NCBI GenBank assembly: GCA_022842645.1
Contig: JALHPE010000001.1
Coordinates: forward strand, 71,711-135,710
Length of the DNA: 64,000 nucleotides
Source: Minisyncoccota bacterium
GTDB lineage: Bacteria; Patescibacteriota; Minisyncoccia; Phycocordibacterales; UBA2100
Direction of reading: 5' to 3'
In this document: positions 53,908 to 63,067 of the stretch, one piece after another
Layout: every line of letters starts with the position of its first letter
How positions within the stretch are numbered: position 1 is the first letter of the stretch
Made by a program: the position numbers and the translations under genes
The notes under the pieces: model-generated
Databases searched by the model: none
Told to the model about the DNA's origin: nothing
Seen by the model: only the letters and a program-made list of their open reading frames with translations

Positions 53908-56358
53908 TTATTTCTTTGCTTTCTCCAGCTTTAACTTCCCACATTGGCACTCTATGGACTCTTTGCTTCTGTGATACTCAACAAATTGGTGGCAGTCTTT
54001 GCACCATAATTCGTTCTCCAATTTGAACCATTCTTCTGCCGCTCGCTTTATTTCCGCTGGAGCAATTGAGGTGCCGCTGTTAGTTCTTGCGTGGGATACA
54101 AAGTTACGCATAATCGGCTCATACTTTTTTGCTTCTTGAATCTGTTGAACAGCTGCGTGTCCTTTTGCTTTATCGTTGAGTCGTGCGTACAGCGCATCAA
54201 AAAGCTCCTCCATCGAAGGCGGGTCATTCTTTGTGTAACGATAACGAACTGCCGCCCAAAGCCCCTCGCAGAGTTCGTTTAGAGTGCTCTCTACATAACG
54301 CCCCAGTTTCCACCCTGCATCCTCAATCCTAGTAGAGTCTTTCAGACACTCTTCAATCTCTTCTTGAGTGGTAGCAGCGACATCAATCACAGCGCCTGTC
54401 TCATAGCCCCAGCTTTTAATTTTCTTAGGTATCCACTTCGGGAATCGGCGAACAATTTTCTGGAACCAATAATAATCGTGTGTGAAAAGTATTATCTGAT
54501 AATCGCTAAACTCCTGCTCAATCAAATCGAGCAGAGTGTCTCGCTTGTCTATATCGAGACTGTTCATTATGTCGTCAAGAACTATGAACTTGCAGCTATC
54601 GTTGAACTGTTTGATGCAGGTGAAGTAAACCGCCAAGCCCAGGCTGTTGAGTAGTGATTCACTCAAGACCTTGTACGCAGGTTTAACTGTTACATCGTAG
54701 TAATGCAGCTGTATTTCTGCGGAACGCCCAGCTGCTCGTCCTTTCTCTTCGTTGAGAACAATCTCAATGTTCTTAATGTCTTTATCATTTCTCAAAATGG
54801 AAAAGTATTTGCCAATCCTTTCTGAAATTTCATTGAAGCGCGACTTTATATTTTCTTGAATGAGAGTGATGAGCTTGTTGCTTACCGCAGCAAAAGCAGT
54901 GATTTCTTTTTCCGTGAATTGAGATTCAGCTTCCGTATCCCGTATTTCAATTAGCTTCACCCTAATTTGGGTAAGTTTTTCTATATCCTCTGCCAACTTC
55001 AAGTCCCTCTCTGAAGGCTGAATCTTCGTCTTTTCGGAAGTGATGGTTTTTAGAACTTCTTTCTGTTCCGCTTCTACCTGTTCGATGAGTTCCTTTGTGA
55101 GAGCAATTTCGGTTGTAGCACCAAGTGGCTTAGCAAGCCAGCCGCTTTCAAGTCCAGAGAGAATTTCCTTGTAGGCTTTGGTCTTTTCGTAAGTGAGAGC
55201 AGGTATTATTTTTTGCACATCGTCATACTTTGATAGCAACCTCTCTATGGTGCCCGCTTCCTGTCTCACAACTGATTTCAAAGTGTTAATTACTTTCTCT
55301 ATGGCTTCTTTGTCCTCCTTAACTTTCGTGAGTAAGTTCAATTCGTCTTGAATATGCTTGACCAGCTCATCTCTTTCCCAAGATGTGCCGCAAACGGGAC
55401 AGGTAGTGCTGGTTTCCGTCTGTTTATTCAAAACCTCTAGCGCTTGGTCATACAGACCAATGACATCAATCTGTTCTATTCGTTTTAGCTCTTTGTTGAA
55501 GTCGTCTAATTGCTTCTTTGCGTCAACGAGCGAACCAAGCAGCGTATTGCTTACAGTAAATAATCCGATACTGGTTTCAGCTTGAGTAAGCTTGTCTATG
55601 GTGATGCCCACAGATGATGTGGCACGCAATTTTGCGAACTCTGGAATGTAGGCGAGAAGACCCTCGATACTTTTCTGTTCAGCAATCTTGTGAGCGGTCA
55701 GTACGCCGTTACAGATACGTAGGATTTCTATGTCGGATGTATCTTGGCTACCCGTAAGCTTGAATAGATGCTGTTCAAGCGCCTTTACAGTGGCAGCAAG
55801 CTCATCCTTCTTTCGCTTTAACTCTGGGAGAATTTTAAGGGCAAGTTTTTCCTGGAACGACAGCTCACTTTCAAAACCCATCCAGTTTGCAAGTCGTTGG
55901 TATTTTTTCAGTCCCGTCTGATTGTAAACAAAGTCTATTACCTCCAAGTAACGAAGGTATGGCTTAATTACGAATGCTTTGTAAACATTCTCAAAGTCAT
56001 CATCAGAAGACAGAGATGGCTGCGTAATCTTTTTGTGATTGTAGGTTTTGCGCAGCGTATCAAGTTTCTTTTCAGAATCGTCGAACTGCAACTCAACAAA
56101 ACTTTCGTCTTTGTCTGGGTCAACTGCCAAGTGTGGGTACGCTTTTTCTTCAGCATCCTCTCTTGTGAGCCATTCAACTTTGTTATCTTCAGACAAGAAC
56201 CATTCGACACCATCAACAAAAGAAGTTTTGCCAGAACTATTTAACCCATAGAGAACGAGTGAGCGCGGTTTTTTATCATCCTTTGCTGTAAGGAGTAAGT
56301 CCTGTGGCTTGAGAATGCCCCTGAAACCGCTAAGCGTTATTTTTCTTACTTTCAGCAT
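53908..56358 (-). CDS. rloC: RloC-like anticodon nuclease: Rad50/SbcC-like ABC ATPase with a coiled-coil zinc hook and a C-terminal PrrC-like tRNase domain
   Basis: Walker A GLNSSGKTS, a long coiled-coil with CPVC at its centre, Walker B FIVLDD, and H-loop LFTHD. The C-terminal roughly 200 aa carry KLGRYVESTLNEL and NFVSHARTNSG, matching the PrrC/RloC nuclease motifs. It sits next to the restriction-modification genes. Confidence 0.7.
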   Translation of the reverse strand: MLKVRKITLSGFRGILKPQDLLLTAKDDKKPRSLVLYGLNSSGKTSFVDGVEWFLSEDNKVEWLTREDAEEKAYPHLAVDPDKDESFVELQFDDSEKKLDTLRKTYNHKKITQPSLSSDDDFENVYKAFVIKPYLRYLEVIDFVYNQTGLKKYQRLANWMGFESELSFQEKLALKILPELKRKKDELAATVKALEQHLFKLTGSQDTSDIEILRICNGVLTAHKIAEQKSIEGLLAYIPEFAKLRATSSVGITIDKLTQAETSIGLFTVSNTLLGSLVDAKKQLDDFNKELKRIEQIDVIGLYDQALEVLNKQTETSTTCPVCGTSWERDELVKHIQDELNLLTKVKEDKEAIEKVINTLKSVVRQEAGTIERLLSKYDDVQKIIPALTYEKTKAYKEILSGLESGWLAKPLGATTEIALTKELIEQVEAEQKEVLKTITSEKTKIQPSERDLKLAEDIEKLTQIRVKLIEIRDTEAESQFTEKEITAFAAVSNKLITLIQENIKSRFNEISERIGKYFSILRNDKDIKNIEIVLNEEKGRAAGRSAEIQLHYYDVTVKPAYKVLSESLLNSLGLAVYFTCIKQFNDSCKFIVLDDIMNSLDIDKRDTLLDLIEQEFSDYQIILFTHDYYWFQKIVRRFPKWIPKKIKSWGYETGAVIDVAATTQEEIEECLKDSTRIEDAGWKLGRYVESTLNELCEGLWAAVRYRYTKNDPPSMEELFDALYARLNDKAKGHAAVQQIQEAKKYEPIMRNFVSHARTNSGTSIAPAEIKRAAEEWFKLENELWCKDCHQFVEYHRSKESIECQCGKLKLEKAKK

Positions 56359-56512
56359 ATCGTTTTTTTATGAGATTCAGTATCTTACCAGCGGTGTCTT
56401 TGCCATCTTCATTTGTCGCATTGGAATCAGACAACAACTGAATGAACGCTGCATCCAGTTCTTTGTCTTTCTTCATTTCCTCAAGATGAGTTTTTATGAT
56501 GTCGCTGCTCAT
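56330..56512 (-). CDS. Small hypothetical ORF between hsdMS and rloC
   Basis: 60-aa ORF from ATG 56512 that overlaps the rloC start by 29 nt. Coding status is uncertain. Confidence 0.25.
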   Translation of the reverse strand: MSSDIIKTHLEEMKKDKELDAAFIQLLSDSNATNEDGKDTAGKILNLIKKRYAESKKNNA

Positions 56513-56516
56513 ATAT

Positions 56517-59015
56517 TTATTCGCCCCAAACCTCGGCGATTTTGGATTTAATCTTTTCCTCAAACAACGCCACAATTGCTTTCGTAGCTTCAATTTGTTG
56601 CTGCTCTTCTTTGAGCTTCGCTATTACCTCGCGCTGGACTTCCAACGACGGTAACGGGATTTTGAAGCCCTTTACCTGGTCAGTGGTGAGATTCTTGAAC
56701 ACTGCGCCGATTGATAGCGAGTGGTTGACTACTTTCTGGTAGAACAGCACATAGTAGAAAAACTCTGGCAATATATCTTTTGAAAGTTCTCTGAACCCAA
56801 CCCAACCGTCGTGAATACACGCATCAACTTTTAGTATTGATGGTAAGCCAGGATTGCCGCTCACTGCCATTACCACTTCTCCTTTCTTCATTGGTCTACT
56901 CAACTTTGCGCCCTCTTCGGTGAGAAAATCTGTCTCTGGCATAACATACATTCCGTCTCTGGTTACATCGGAAATCATTAGGCGGGGAACTTTACCGCCA
57001 TAGTAACGAGAGTCTCCCTGGGGTCGTGGCGAACTACCGCGAACCAATTTACAGATACTATCTACATCAACGGTTTTCCAGCTCGCGTCAATCTTTATGA
57101 GGGGTTTGTAGTTGGTAACAATTTGCTTTGCACCATCAATAACTTTCTGATAATTACCCAGCTCTGTAACAAATTGCTCTTGTATCTCCAGGGGCGGGAG
57201 AGGAATGGAGAAAGAATAGAAACCATCAACTTTCAAATGCTTAACATTCGCTCCATTAGAAAAATTAACAATATAGTCTCGGTATTTCTTAGACCTTAAG
57301 AGATAGTAAAGGTAGGTCGTATTCAAACGGGAATCCTTTAAGACAATTCTTCCGAGGTCGGCGGAATGTGCTGCGCGTATGGATTCAGTAATAATTTTAG
57401 GTGCACCAATAATTTCCGAAGTTGGTGTTAGGTCAGTGAGAGCTATCAGAACATCTCCCGTCTTAACAAGAAATTTCTCTTTAACACCGCCAGTAAAATA
57501 CTTGAATCCGTGGTCAAATAAATCGCCATTTCTCTTAATAGATTTTAAGTTATAGAGAGGAACTCCCGCCTCTGTTTCGCTTATTTCTTTACTGGAGTAT
57601 GAAATACCGCGCTGAACCTCACATAACTCACCCAGCTTTACAACATCCCATCGTTGATTGCTTTGCAACGCGGCAACTTTATAGCTTTCTCCAGAGAGAT
57701 TGTAGTCTCCACTTGCTTCAATCTTCGACTTGGGCACTGCCCAGGCAAACAAGCTACCTTTCTTAACGAGAGAGTTTTTAGTACCTGCTTTAACGGCGGC
57801 GCGTTGTTCGTGCAAAACTTCTACGGCGTGAGGAAGGTCGTTTCTATCTACTGGTCTTCGCTGTGCTCCAAGTTCAAACCCATCATTGAGGACTTTCACA
57901 AATAATATTTCCTTTGATTGTTTTGCAATCTGATTATCAAAAAAGAGAATACTGGTTTTTACACCAGAGTAAGGACTAAAGACTCCAGCGGGTAAAGAAA
58001 CAACTGCATAAAGTCCGTCTTCAACAAGAATTTTACGAAGTTGTTTGTAGGCGTTTGATGCGGTGAAAATAATTCCCTCGGGCACGATGATACCCGCACG
58101 CCCCTTGTTGTTAAGATGCTCGGTAATGTAATCAACGAAAAGAACCTCGGAGCGGTTAGCATCTACTGTAAAACGCTTGTGTGGACGGATACCGCCCTTC
58201 GGGGTCATAAAAGGCGGATTCGCCATCATTACATCAAAGCGCTCATCCCATTTCTCTTCGCTCGTCAGGGTGTCATATTCGTGGATGTTTGGGCTTGGAA
58301 AGCCGTGCAGATACATATTCACCAGGGAGAGCTTCACCATATCTGGAGAAATGTCGTACCCCGAAAGGTTGCCCATTAAGCGCTTCTTTTCGTCGGGAGT
58401 TAGCGGCTTATTCTTGTTCGATTTGAGAATGTGTTTATAGGCTGAAATAAGAAAGCCTGCTGTGCCACACGCGGGGTCGAGTATCGTTTCGTCTTTCTTT
58501 GGGTCAACAACCTCAACAATAAAATCAATGATGTGTCGGGGTGTTCTAAATTGTCCCGCATCACCTTGAGAGCCGAGCACAGAAAGCAGATACTCAAACG
58601 CATCACCAAGATTCTCGCTATGGTCGTATGCAAAACTGTTTATCTCTTTCAAAAAGAGATTGAGTGTTTCGGGGTCGCGGTATGGCAAAAAAGCATCTTT
58701 GAAAATGTCGCGGAAGAGTTGCGGAAGATGCGGATTCTTCGACATCTTTGCAATGGCTTCAACATAGAGATTTAGACGCTCCTGTCCACCAAGCTTTGCA
58801 TCCATCATCTTGCCCCACGCATACTTTTCAAAACCATTCGTGAAAAACTGCGCCTTACCCTTTGGCAAAGAAGCCGCCTGCTTATCCATATCGTCCATAA
58901 ACTTGTAGATAAGAGCGGTGGTAATTTGCTCTACCTGCGCTTTTGGGTCAGGAACTTTACCAACCAAAATGTCCCGCGCCGAGTCAATCTTCTTTTTTAT
59001 TTCGGGGGTAAGCAT
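56517..59015 (-). CDS. hsdMS: Type I restriction-modification fused methyltransferase-specificity subunit (HsdM N-terminal and N6-adenine methylase domains plus two HsdS target-recognition domains)
   Basis: HsdM_N region, motif I DPACGTAGFL, and motif IV NPPF in the first roughly 430 aa. These are followed by two target-recognition repeats with the conserved PLPPLEIQ / PLPSLEVQ motifs. Confidence 0.85.
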   Translation of the reverse strand: MLTPEIKKKIDSARDILVGKVPDPKAQVEQITTALIYKFMDDMDKQAASLPKGKAQFFTNGFEKYAWGKMMDAKLGGQERLNLYVEAIAKMSKNPHLPQLFRDIFKDAFLPYRDPETLNLFLKEINSFAYDHSENLGDAFEYLLSVLGSQGDAGQFRTPRHIIDFIVEVVDPKKDETILDPACGTAGFLISAYKHILKSNKNKPLTPDEKKRLMGNLSGYDISPDMVKLSLVNMYLHGFPSPNIHEYDTLTSEEKWDERFDVMMANPPFMTPKGGIRPHKRFTVDANRSEVLFVDYITEHLNNKGRAGIIVPEGIIFTASNAYKQLRKILVEDGLYAVVSLPAGVFSPYSGVKTSILFFDNQIAKQSKEILFVKVLNDGFELGAQRRPVDRNDLPHAVEVLHEQRAAVKAGTKNSLVKKGSLFAWAVPKSKIEASGDYNLSGESYKVAALQSNQRWDVVKLGELCEVQRGISYSSKEISETEAGVPLYNLKSIKRNGDLFDHGFKYFTGGVKEKFLVKTGDVLIALTDLTPTSEIIGAPKIITESIRAAHSADLGRIVLKDSRLNTTYLYYLLRSKKYRDYIVNFSNGANVKHLKVDGFYSFSIPLPPLEIQEQFVTELGNYQKVIDGAKQIVTNYKPLIKIDASWKTVDVDSICKLVRGSSPRPQGDSRYYGGKVPRLMISDVTRDGMYVMPETDFLTEEGAKLSRPMKKGEVVMAVSGNPGLPSILKVDACIHDGWVGFRELSKDILPEFFYYVLFYQKVVNHSLSIGAVFKNLTTDQVKGFKIPLPSLEVQREVIAKLKEEQQQIEATKAIVALFEEKIKSKIAEVWGE

Positions 59016-59018
59016 AGA

Positions 59019-61535
59019 TTACATATAGGCGTTAAGAGACACATAGTCCTTCACATATTCAGGCACTTTCTCGACCCATCCGTTCACTGCTTCCAAGTCA
59101 GCCATATTGAGCTTTGGATTTGTTGCGAGACGGGTATATTCACCCTTTTCGATGATGTCTCGAATCTCGTTGTCGGTAATGTATGCCTTGAGGTAGTTCT
59201 TGATTGGCATTGCATACTGGCTTTCTGGCTTGTTGATGGCGACAAACTTTTCAAACTCGTCCTCAAGAAGTTCGTCTTTTGATTTGAAATTGGTTATGCC
59301 GCCGAAAGCTTTTTCAACAAACTCACGTAAGCTGATACGACGGTCAGCTTTTACAGACCTGCGCAATTTATCAAGACTGAAGAACTCATCTGGCTTGTCA
59401 AAAATCTCGTCCTTCACATAGTCTTCAATGGTTGCCAAATCACCCTCGGCATATTTCTGCTTGATGAATGGATTTTCTGTAATGGTCGTCTCAAACTTCT
59501 CAAAAAGCTTGCGGTCAATTTTCATACCCTCAACACCAACAGCTTTTTCTGAAAAGGTTTTGAGTGGGTCTGGCTGGGTAATTACGATTTCATCAATGTT
59601 GATACCGCCTCCATCCTCTCCGCCACCCGTGCCAGTTTTAGGCGGTAAGTGCAGAACCTCGTCGTAGTCATACTTTTCCTCGAAGTATTCGCAGTTAGCG
59701 AAGAAATCGAAGAGCTTGAATTTATCCTTTGGGATTCTAGCTTCTTGAACTTCACCTGCATCTTTTTCTTTATGCGCAAAAGTGAACTTGCGTGTGCCGC
59801 GCCCCTTTATCTGGATGAAGTCAGTTGGTGAGAAAATTGGACGCATCAAACACACATTGAGTATGTCTTCGCAGTCGTAACCAGTAGTCATCATCCCTAC
59901 CGTTACGCATACGCGAGTTTTGCTTGAGCGGTATCCCTCCAAGAACTTGGTGTGCCCGTTTAGATTGTTGTTTGCAAAATTTACAGTAAAGCTCTGTGCG
60001 TCAGGAATGTTTGAGCTAACCTGTACTGCAAAATCTGAATTGTATTTGCCTGGGTAGAGTTGGTCAGCAAACTGGTTGAGAATCTGCGTAACTTTTGAGG
60101 CGTGCTTCTGGCTCACGCAGAAAATTAAGCTCTTCCCAATTTCTCCAGTGATAGGGTCTTTAACGGCATTCTCAATAAATGTCTTGCAGAAAATCTGGTT
60201 GGTCTTATCGGAAAAGAACTTCCTCTCAAAGTCAGTGTGAAAGAATGACTGCTCTTCTTCTTTGCCGTTCTCATCCTCAATCATCATCGCGTAACCCTTC
60301 TCTGAAAGAAGCTCCGTAGTAATTTCAGTCCGAGCATCGGCAACGACTGGGTTCACTAAGTACCCATCTTTTACGCCATCAAGCAAGGTGTAGCGGAAGG
60401 TAGGCTCGCCAGTCTCACAGCCGAATGTTTTGTATGTGTCAAAAAGCTGGCGGCGTTCCCACGCACGAGGGTCTTTTGAGTTCAACTTTTCTGGGTCAAT
60501 GCCTTTGAGATAATTTCTCGGTGTTGCAGTGAGTCCAAGTTTGTAGCTCACGAAGTATTCAAAGACCGCTCGGCTGTTTCCACCGATTGAGCGGTGGGCT
60601 TCGTCAGAAATAATCAGGTCAAAGTCAGTTGGAGAAAAGAGCTTCTGATACTTGTTATTGAATGAGAGGCTTTGCACTGTTGAAACAACAATTTCTGCCT
60701 TGCGCCAATCATCCTTATTTTCCTTGTAGATGACTGTCGTGTAGTCCTTCGAGAGCCACTTCTTAAAGTTCTTATTCGCCTGGTCTTCAAGCTCCAAACG
60801 GTCAACAAGAAACAGCACACGCTTTGCGTTGCCTGTTTTCAGGAAAAGCTTGATAACTGCTGCGGATACGAGCGTCTTACCTGTGCCCGTAGCCATCTCA
60901 AACAGATAACGGTCATTGCCCTTACCTCCAGAGTCTTGCAGTGCTTTTATCGCTCGGAGCTGATACGGACGAAGGAATTTCAATGCCTCGGTATCAATAA
61001 GACCCTGGCGTTCTTTCTCATCAGCCCAGCGTGGGTCGCTGCGATAATCAGACTTTTGCGTAAGAACGATGTAGTCCTCATCAACCTGCTCATCCGCCAA
61101 TCGCTTTGGGTTAGGCTTGAATGCCTCAAAGTGCTGAAGAGAGGTCGGTGTAGGAAATTGGATAATGACAGTCGGATTGCCACGCTCTAAATCCCAGAAG
61201 TAGTGTAAGTTGCCGTTTGAGAGGATAATGAAGCGCACATTGAGCGATTGGGCGTACTTACGTGCCTGCTCTTTGCCATCGAGGGGGTCTTTGTCTTCTG
61301 ACTTGGCTTCGAGCACGACATACGGAAATCCCTTTTCATCGAGAAGAAGAAAATCTATGTAGCCGTTCTTTGTTTTTTCAAAGTCACTACCGAGCGCATC
61401 AACTTCTTTTTGGGTGAGTTTCGCATTCGTCTCAAGTGTGATGTTGGCTTTACCGTTGGCGTCATCAAAAAAGCGCCAGCCTGATTTCTGGAGTAAGTCG
61501 TTTATCTTTATTCGTGCCTTAGCTTCTTTTTGCAT
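59019..61535 (-). CDS. hsdR: Type I restriction enzyme R subunit (compact, 838 aa)
   Basis: N-terminal PD-(D/E)xK nuclease (DFLLLDE...LEAK), SF2 helicase motifs (GTGKT, DEAH in LIISDEAHRS), and a C-terminal helical domain. Confidence 0.85.
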   Translation of the reverse strand: MQKEAKARIKINDLLQKSGWRFFDDANGKANITLETNAKLTQKEVDALGSDFEKTKNGYIDFLLLDEKGFPYVVLEAKSEDKDPLDGKEQARKYAQSLNVRFIILSNGNLHYFWDLERGNPTVIIQFPTPTSLQHFEAFKPNPKRLADEQVDEDYIVLTQKSDYRSDPRWADEKERQGLIDTEALKFLRPYQLRAIKALQDSGGKGNDRYLFEMATGTGKTLVSAAVIKLFLKTGNAKRVLFLVDRLELEDQANKNFKKWLSKDYTTVIYKENKDDWRKAEIVVSTVQSLSFNNKYQKLFSPTDFDLIISDEAHRSIGGNSRAVFEYFVSYKLGLTATPRNYLKGIDPEKLNSKDPRAWERRQLFDTYKTFGCETGEPTFRYTLLDGVKDGYLVNPVVADARTEITTELLSEKGYAMMIEDENGKEEEQSFFHTDFERKFFSDKTNQIFCKTFIENAVKDPITGEIGKSLIFCVSQKHASKVTQILNQFADQLYPGKYNSDFAVQVSSNIPDAQSFTVNFANNNLNGHTKFLEGYRSSKTRVCVTVGMMTTGYDCEDILNVCLMRPIFSPTDFIQIKGRGTRKFTFAHKEKDAGEVQEARIPKDKFKLFDFFANCEYFEEKYDYDEVLHLPPKTGTGGGEDGGGINIDEIVITQPDPLKTFSEKAVGVEGMKIDRKLFEKFETTITENPFIKQKYAEGDLATIEDYVKDEIFDKPDEFFSLDKLRRSVKADRRISLREFVEKAFGGITNFKSKDELLEDEFEKFVAINKPESQYAMPIKNYLKAYITDNEIRDIIEKGEYTRLATNPKLNMADLEAVNGWVEKVPEYVKDYVSLNAYM

Positions 61536-61566
61536 AGTACATTTTCATATTCATTGGGAGTTGGAC

Positions 61567-61758
61567 TTATCCCTTCTTTTTCTTACCCATCTTGAAACTA
61601 CTCTCAATAAAATTATCGAGGTCTTCCTGTCGGAATCTCCAATAACCTATTTTAGCGGCTTTAATACGCCCGTCGTGAAGGTAGCGAAACAGTGTACGCT
61701 CGCCTACATCCAGGTATTTCGCTGCCTGCTTCAAAGTTAAAAACTTCTCTTTCTGCAT
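61567..61758 (-). CDS. Excisionase / AlpA-type helix-turn-helix DNA-binding protein
   Basis: 63 aa, with LTLKQAAKYLDVGERTLFRYLHDGRIKAAKIGYWRF typical of the excisionase (MerR-like) family. Confidence 0.65.
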   Translation of the reverse strand: MQKEKFLTLKQAAKYLDVGERTLFRYLHDGRIKAAKIGYWRFRQEDLDNFIESSFKMGKKKKG

Positions 61759-61838
61759 AATGTCTAATTTCTAAACTTCTACTCCCACAGTTTATCTCTT
61801 TTATTCGTATCTGGCAAGATTTGGCAACTTCTGCTAAA

Positions 61839-62531
61839 ATGAATTTTATGAGTATGGATATGAAAATGACACTCGAAGAGAAAGATTCCTTATTTGCTCG
61901 CATTATCAGCGAGCATCTTGCGACACAAAAAACTTCTCCAGTATATGTGCCCACGTCACACGTCGAGGCGAAGGGTTTTGATACATCTGATACCAACAAT
62001 GCACTTTGGAGACTCAAAGATAATGGTGCGATAAAGAAATACAGGCGATGCTGGGGCTTTTTTGAAGTTCAAAATGGCAAGAAGAAGTTTGTGATAACAA
62101 GTGCCAACGAGCAACAAACAGATGAGGACGCAGAGGTGTTTGAAGTTGAGGTTGTTCTAGGACGACTTGCACAGATGACTAAAAATAGAGGCGGGGTCTC
62201 AAAGACAAACGATGCGGTTGTTCTTCACCTCAACAAAAATGGTGATTTATTCAAAGAACCAAGAGAAAAGTTTTGTTATGAAATGATGGGTGCAAAAGTC
62301 CCTCTCAAGATTTTGAGATACTTTATTGATAATCCGAATACTGAATACGAGCAGTCCACAGAAGACATAGCATCAAGCATTGGAATGAAAGCTGAACAAC
62401 TCCGAAAAGACATTGGTGAAATGCGAAGAACTATCAAGAATAGGCTTAAGTTGCCACTAGAATTATTTGAAGGACGGCAAGGTAGTGGCTATCGGCTCAA
62501 TCCAAAGGTAGAAATCATACAAGAGAACTAG
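61839..62531 (+). CDS. Hypothetical protein of the island
   Basis: ATG at 61839; the track begins at TTG 61821. No motif recognised. Confidence 0.45.
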   Translation: MNFMSMDMKMTLEEKDSLFARIISEHLATQKTSPVYVPTSHVEAKGFDTSDTNNALWRLKDNGAIKKYRRCWGFFEVQNGKKKFVITSANEQQTDEDAEVFEVEVVLGRLAQMTKNRGGVSKTNDAVVLHLNKNGDLFKEPREKFCYEMMGAKVPLKILRYFIDNPNTEYEQSTEDIASSIGMKAEQLRKDIGEMRRTIKNRLKLPLELFEGRQGSGYRLNPKVEIIQEN

Positions 62532-62660
62532 ATACCTACAGCTACCCTGTAGGTACTGTCCATAACTTGAAGAGCGGCTGTGTAAACAGGCGCTTTTTCC
62601 GTTTCAAAAAGTATCTACCGATTATGTTCAGAGACGGCAGCACATTGCTAATTTTAAGCA

Positions 62661-62906
62661 ATGGAAGATGCAGAGAAAATCGGAGTAAGTGATTTGGGCT
62701 TGGCGTCCCTTTTGGCGACGCTTCAATTTCAGATGGTCGGTCTGGAGCGTGTGAACGAAAAACGCATCAACTTTCTGTTCACGCAAGTGGAGGGCATTGA
62801 GAAAGTAATCAATGATTATTGGGCTGGCGCTGAAATTTCAGTCCCAGTTCAGAGTCTCTTCTTTAACCAGAAGACACTCAAGAATCGTTTGTATGCCTTC
62901 AAATAA
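62661..62906 (+). CDS. Hypothetical small protein
   Basis: 81-aa ORF with ATG start. Confidence 0.4.
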   Translation: MEDAEKIGVSDLGLASLLATLQFQMVGLERVNEKRINFLFTQVEGIEKVINDYWAGAEISVPVQSLFFNQKTLKNRLYAFK

Positions 62907-63062
62907 ATGAAACTTACCGATGAACAACTGCAAGCACTGCGAGCACCATTCGAGGAAGCTGGTGCATTTGTTGATTGTTCAGAAGAGGAGATAAAGAGTT
63001 TGCTGGAAGCGATTGCAGAGATTTACGTGACTCTCGCAAAAGAAAACCTACTCACAAAGTAA
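62907..63062 (+). CDS. Hypothetical small acidic protein (51 aa)
   Basis: ATG 62907 immediately after the previous stop. Translation MKLTDEQLQALRAPFEEAGAFVDCSEEEIKSLLEAIAEIYVTLAKENLLTK. Below the ORF-track cutoff. Confidence 0.3.
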   Translation: MKLTDEQLQALRAPFEEAGAFVDCSEEEIKSLLEAIAEIYVTLAKENLLTK

Positions 63063-63067
63063 TAACT

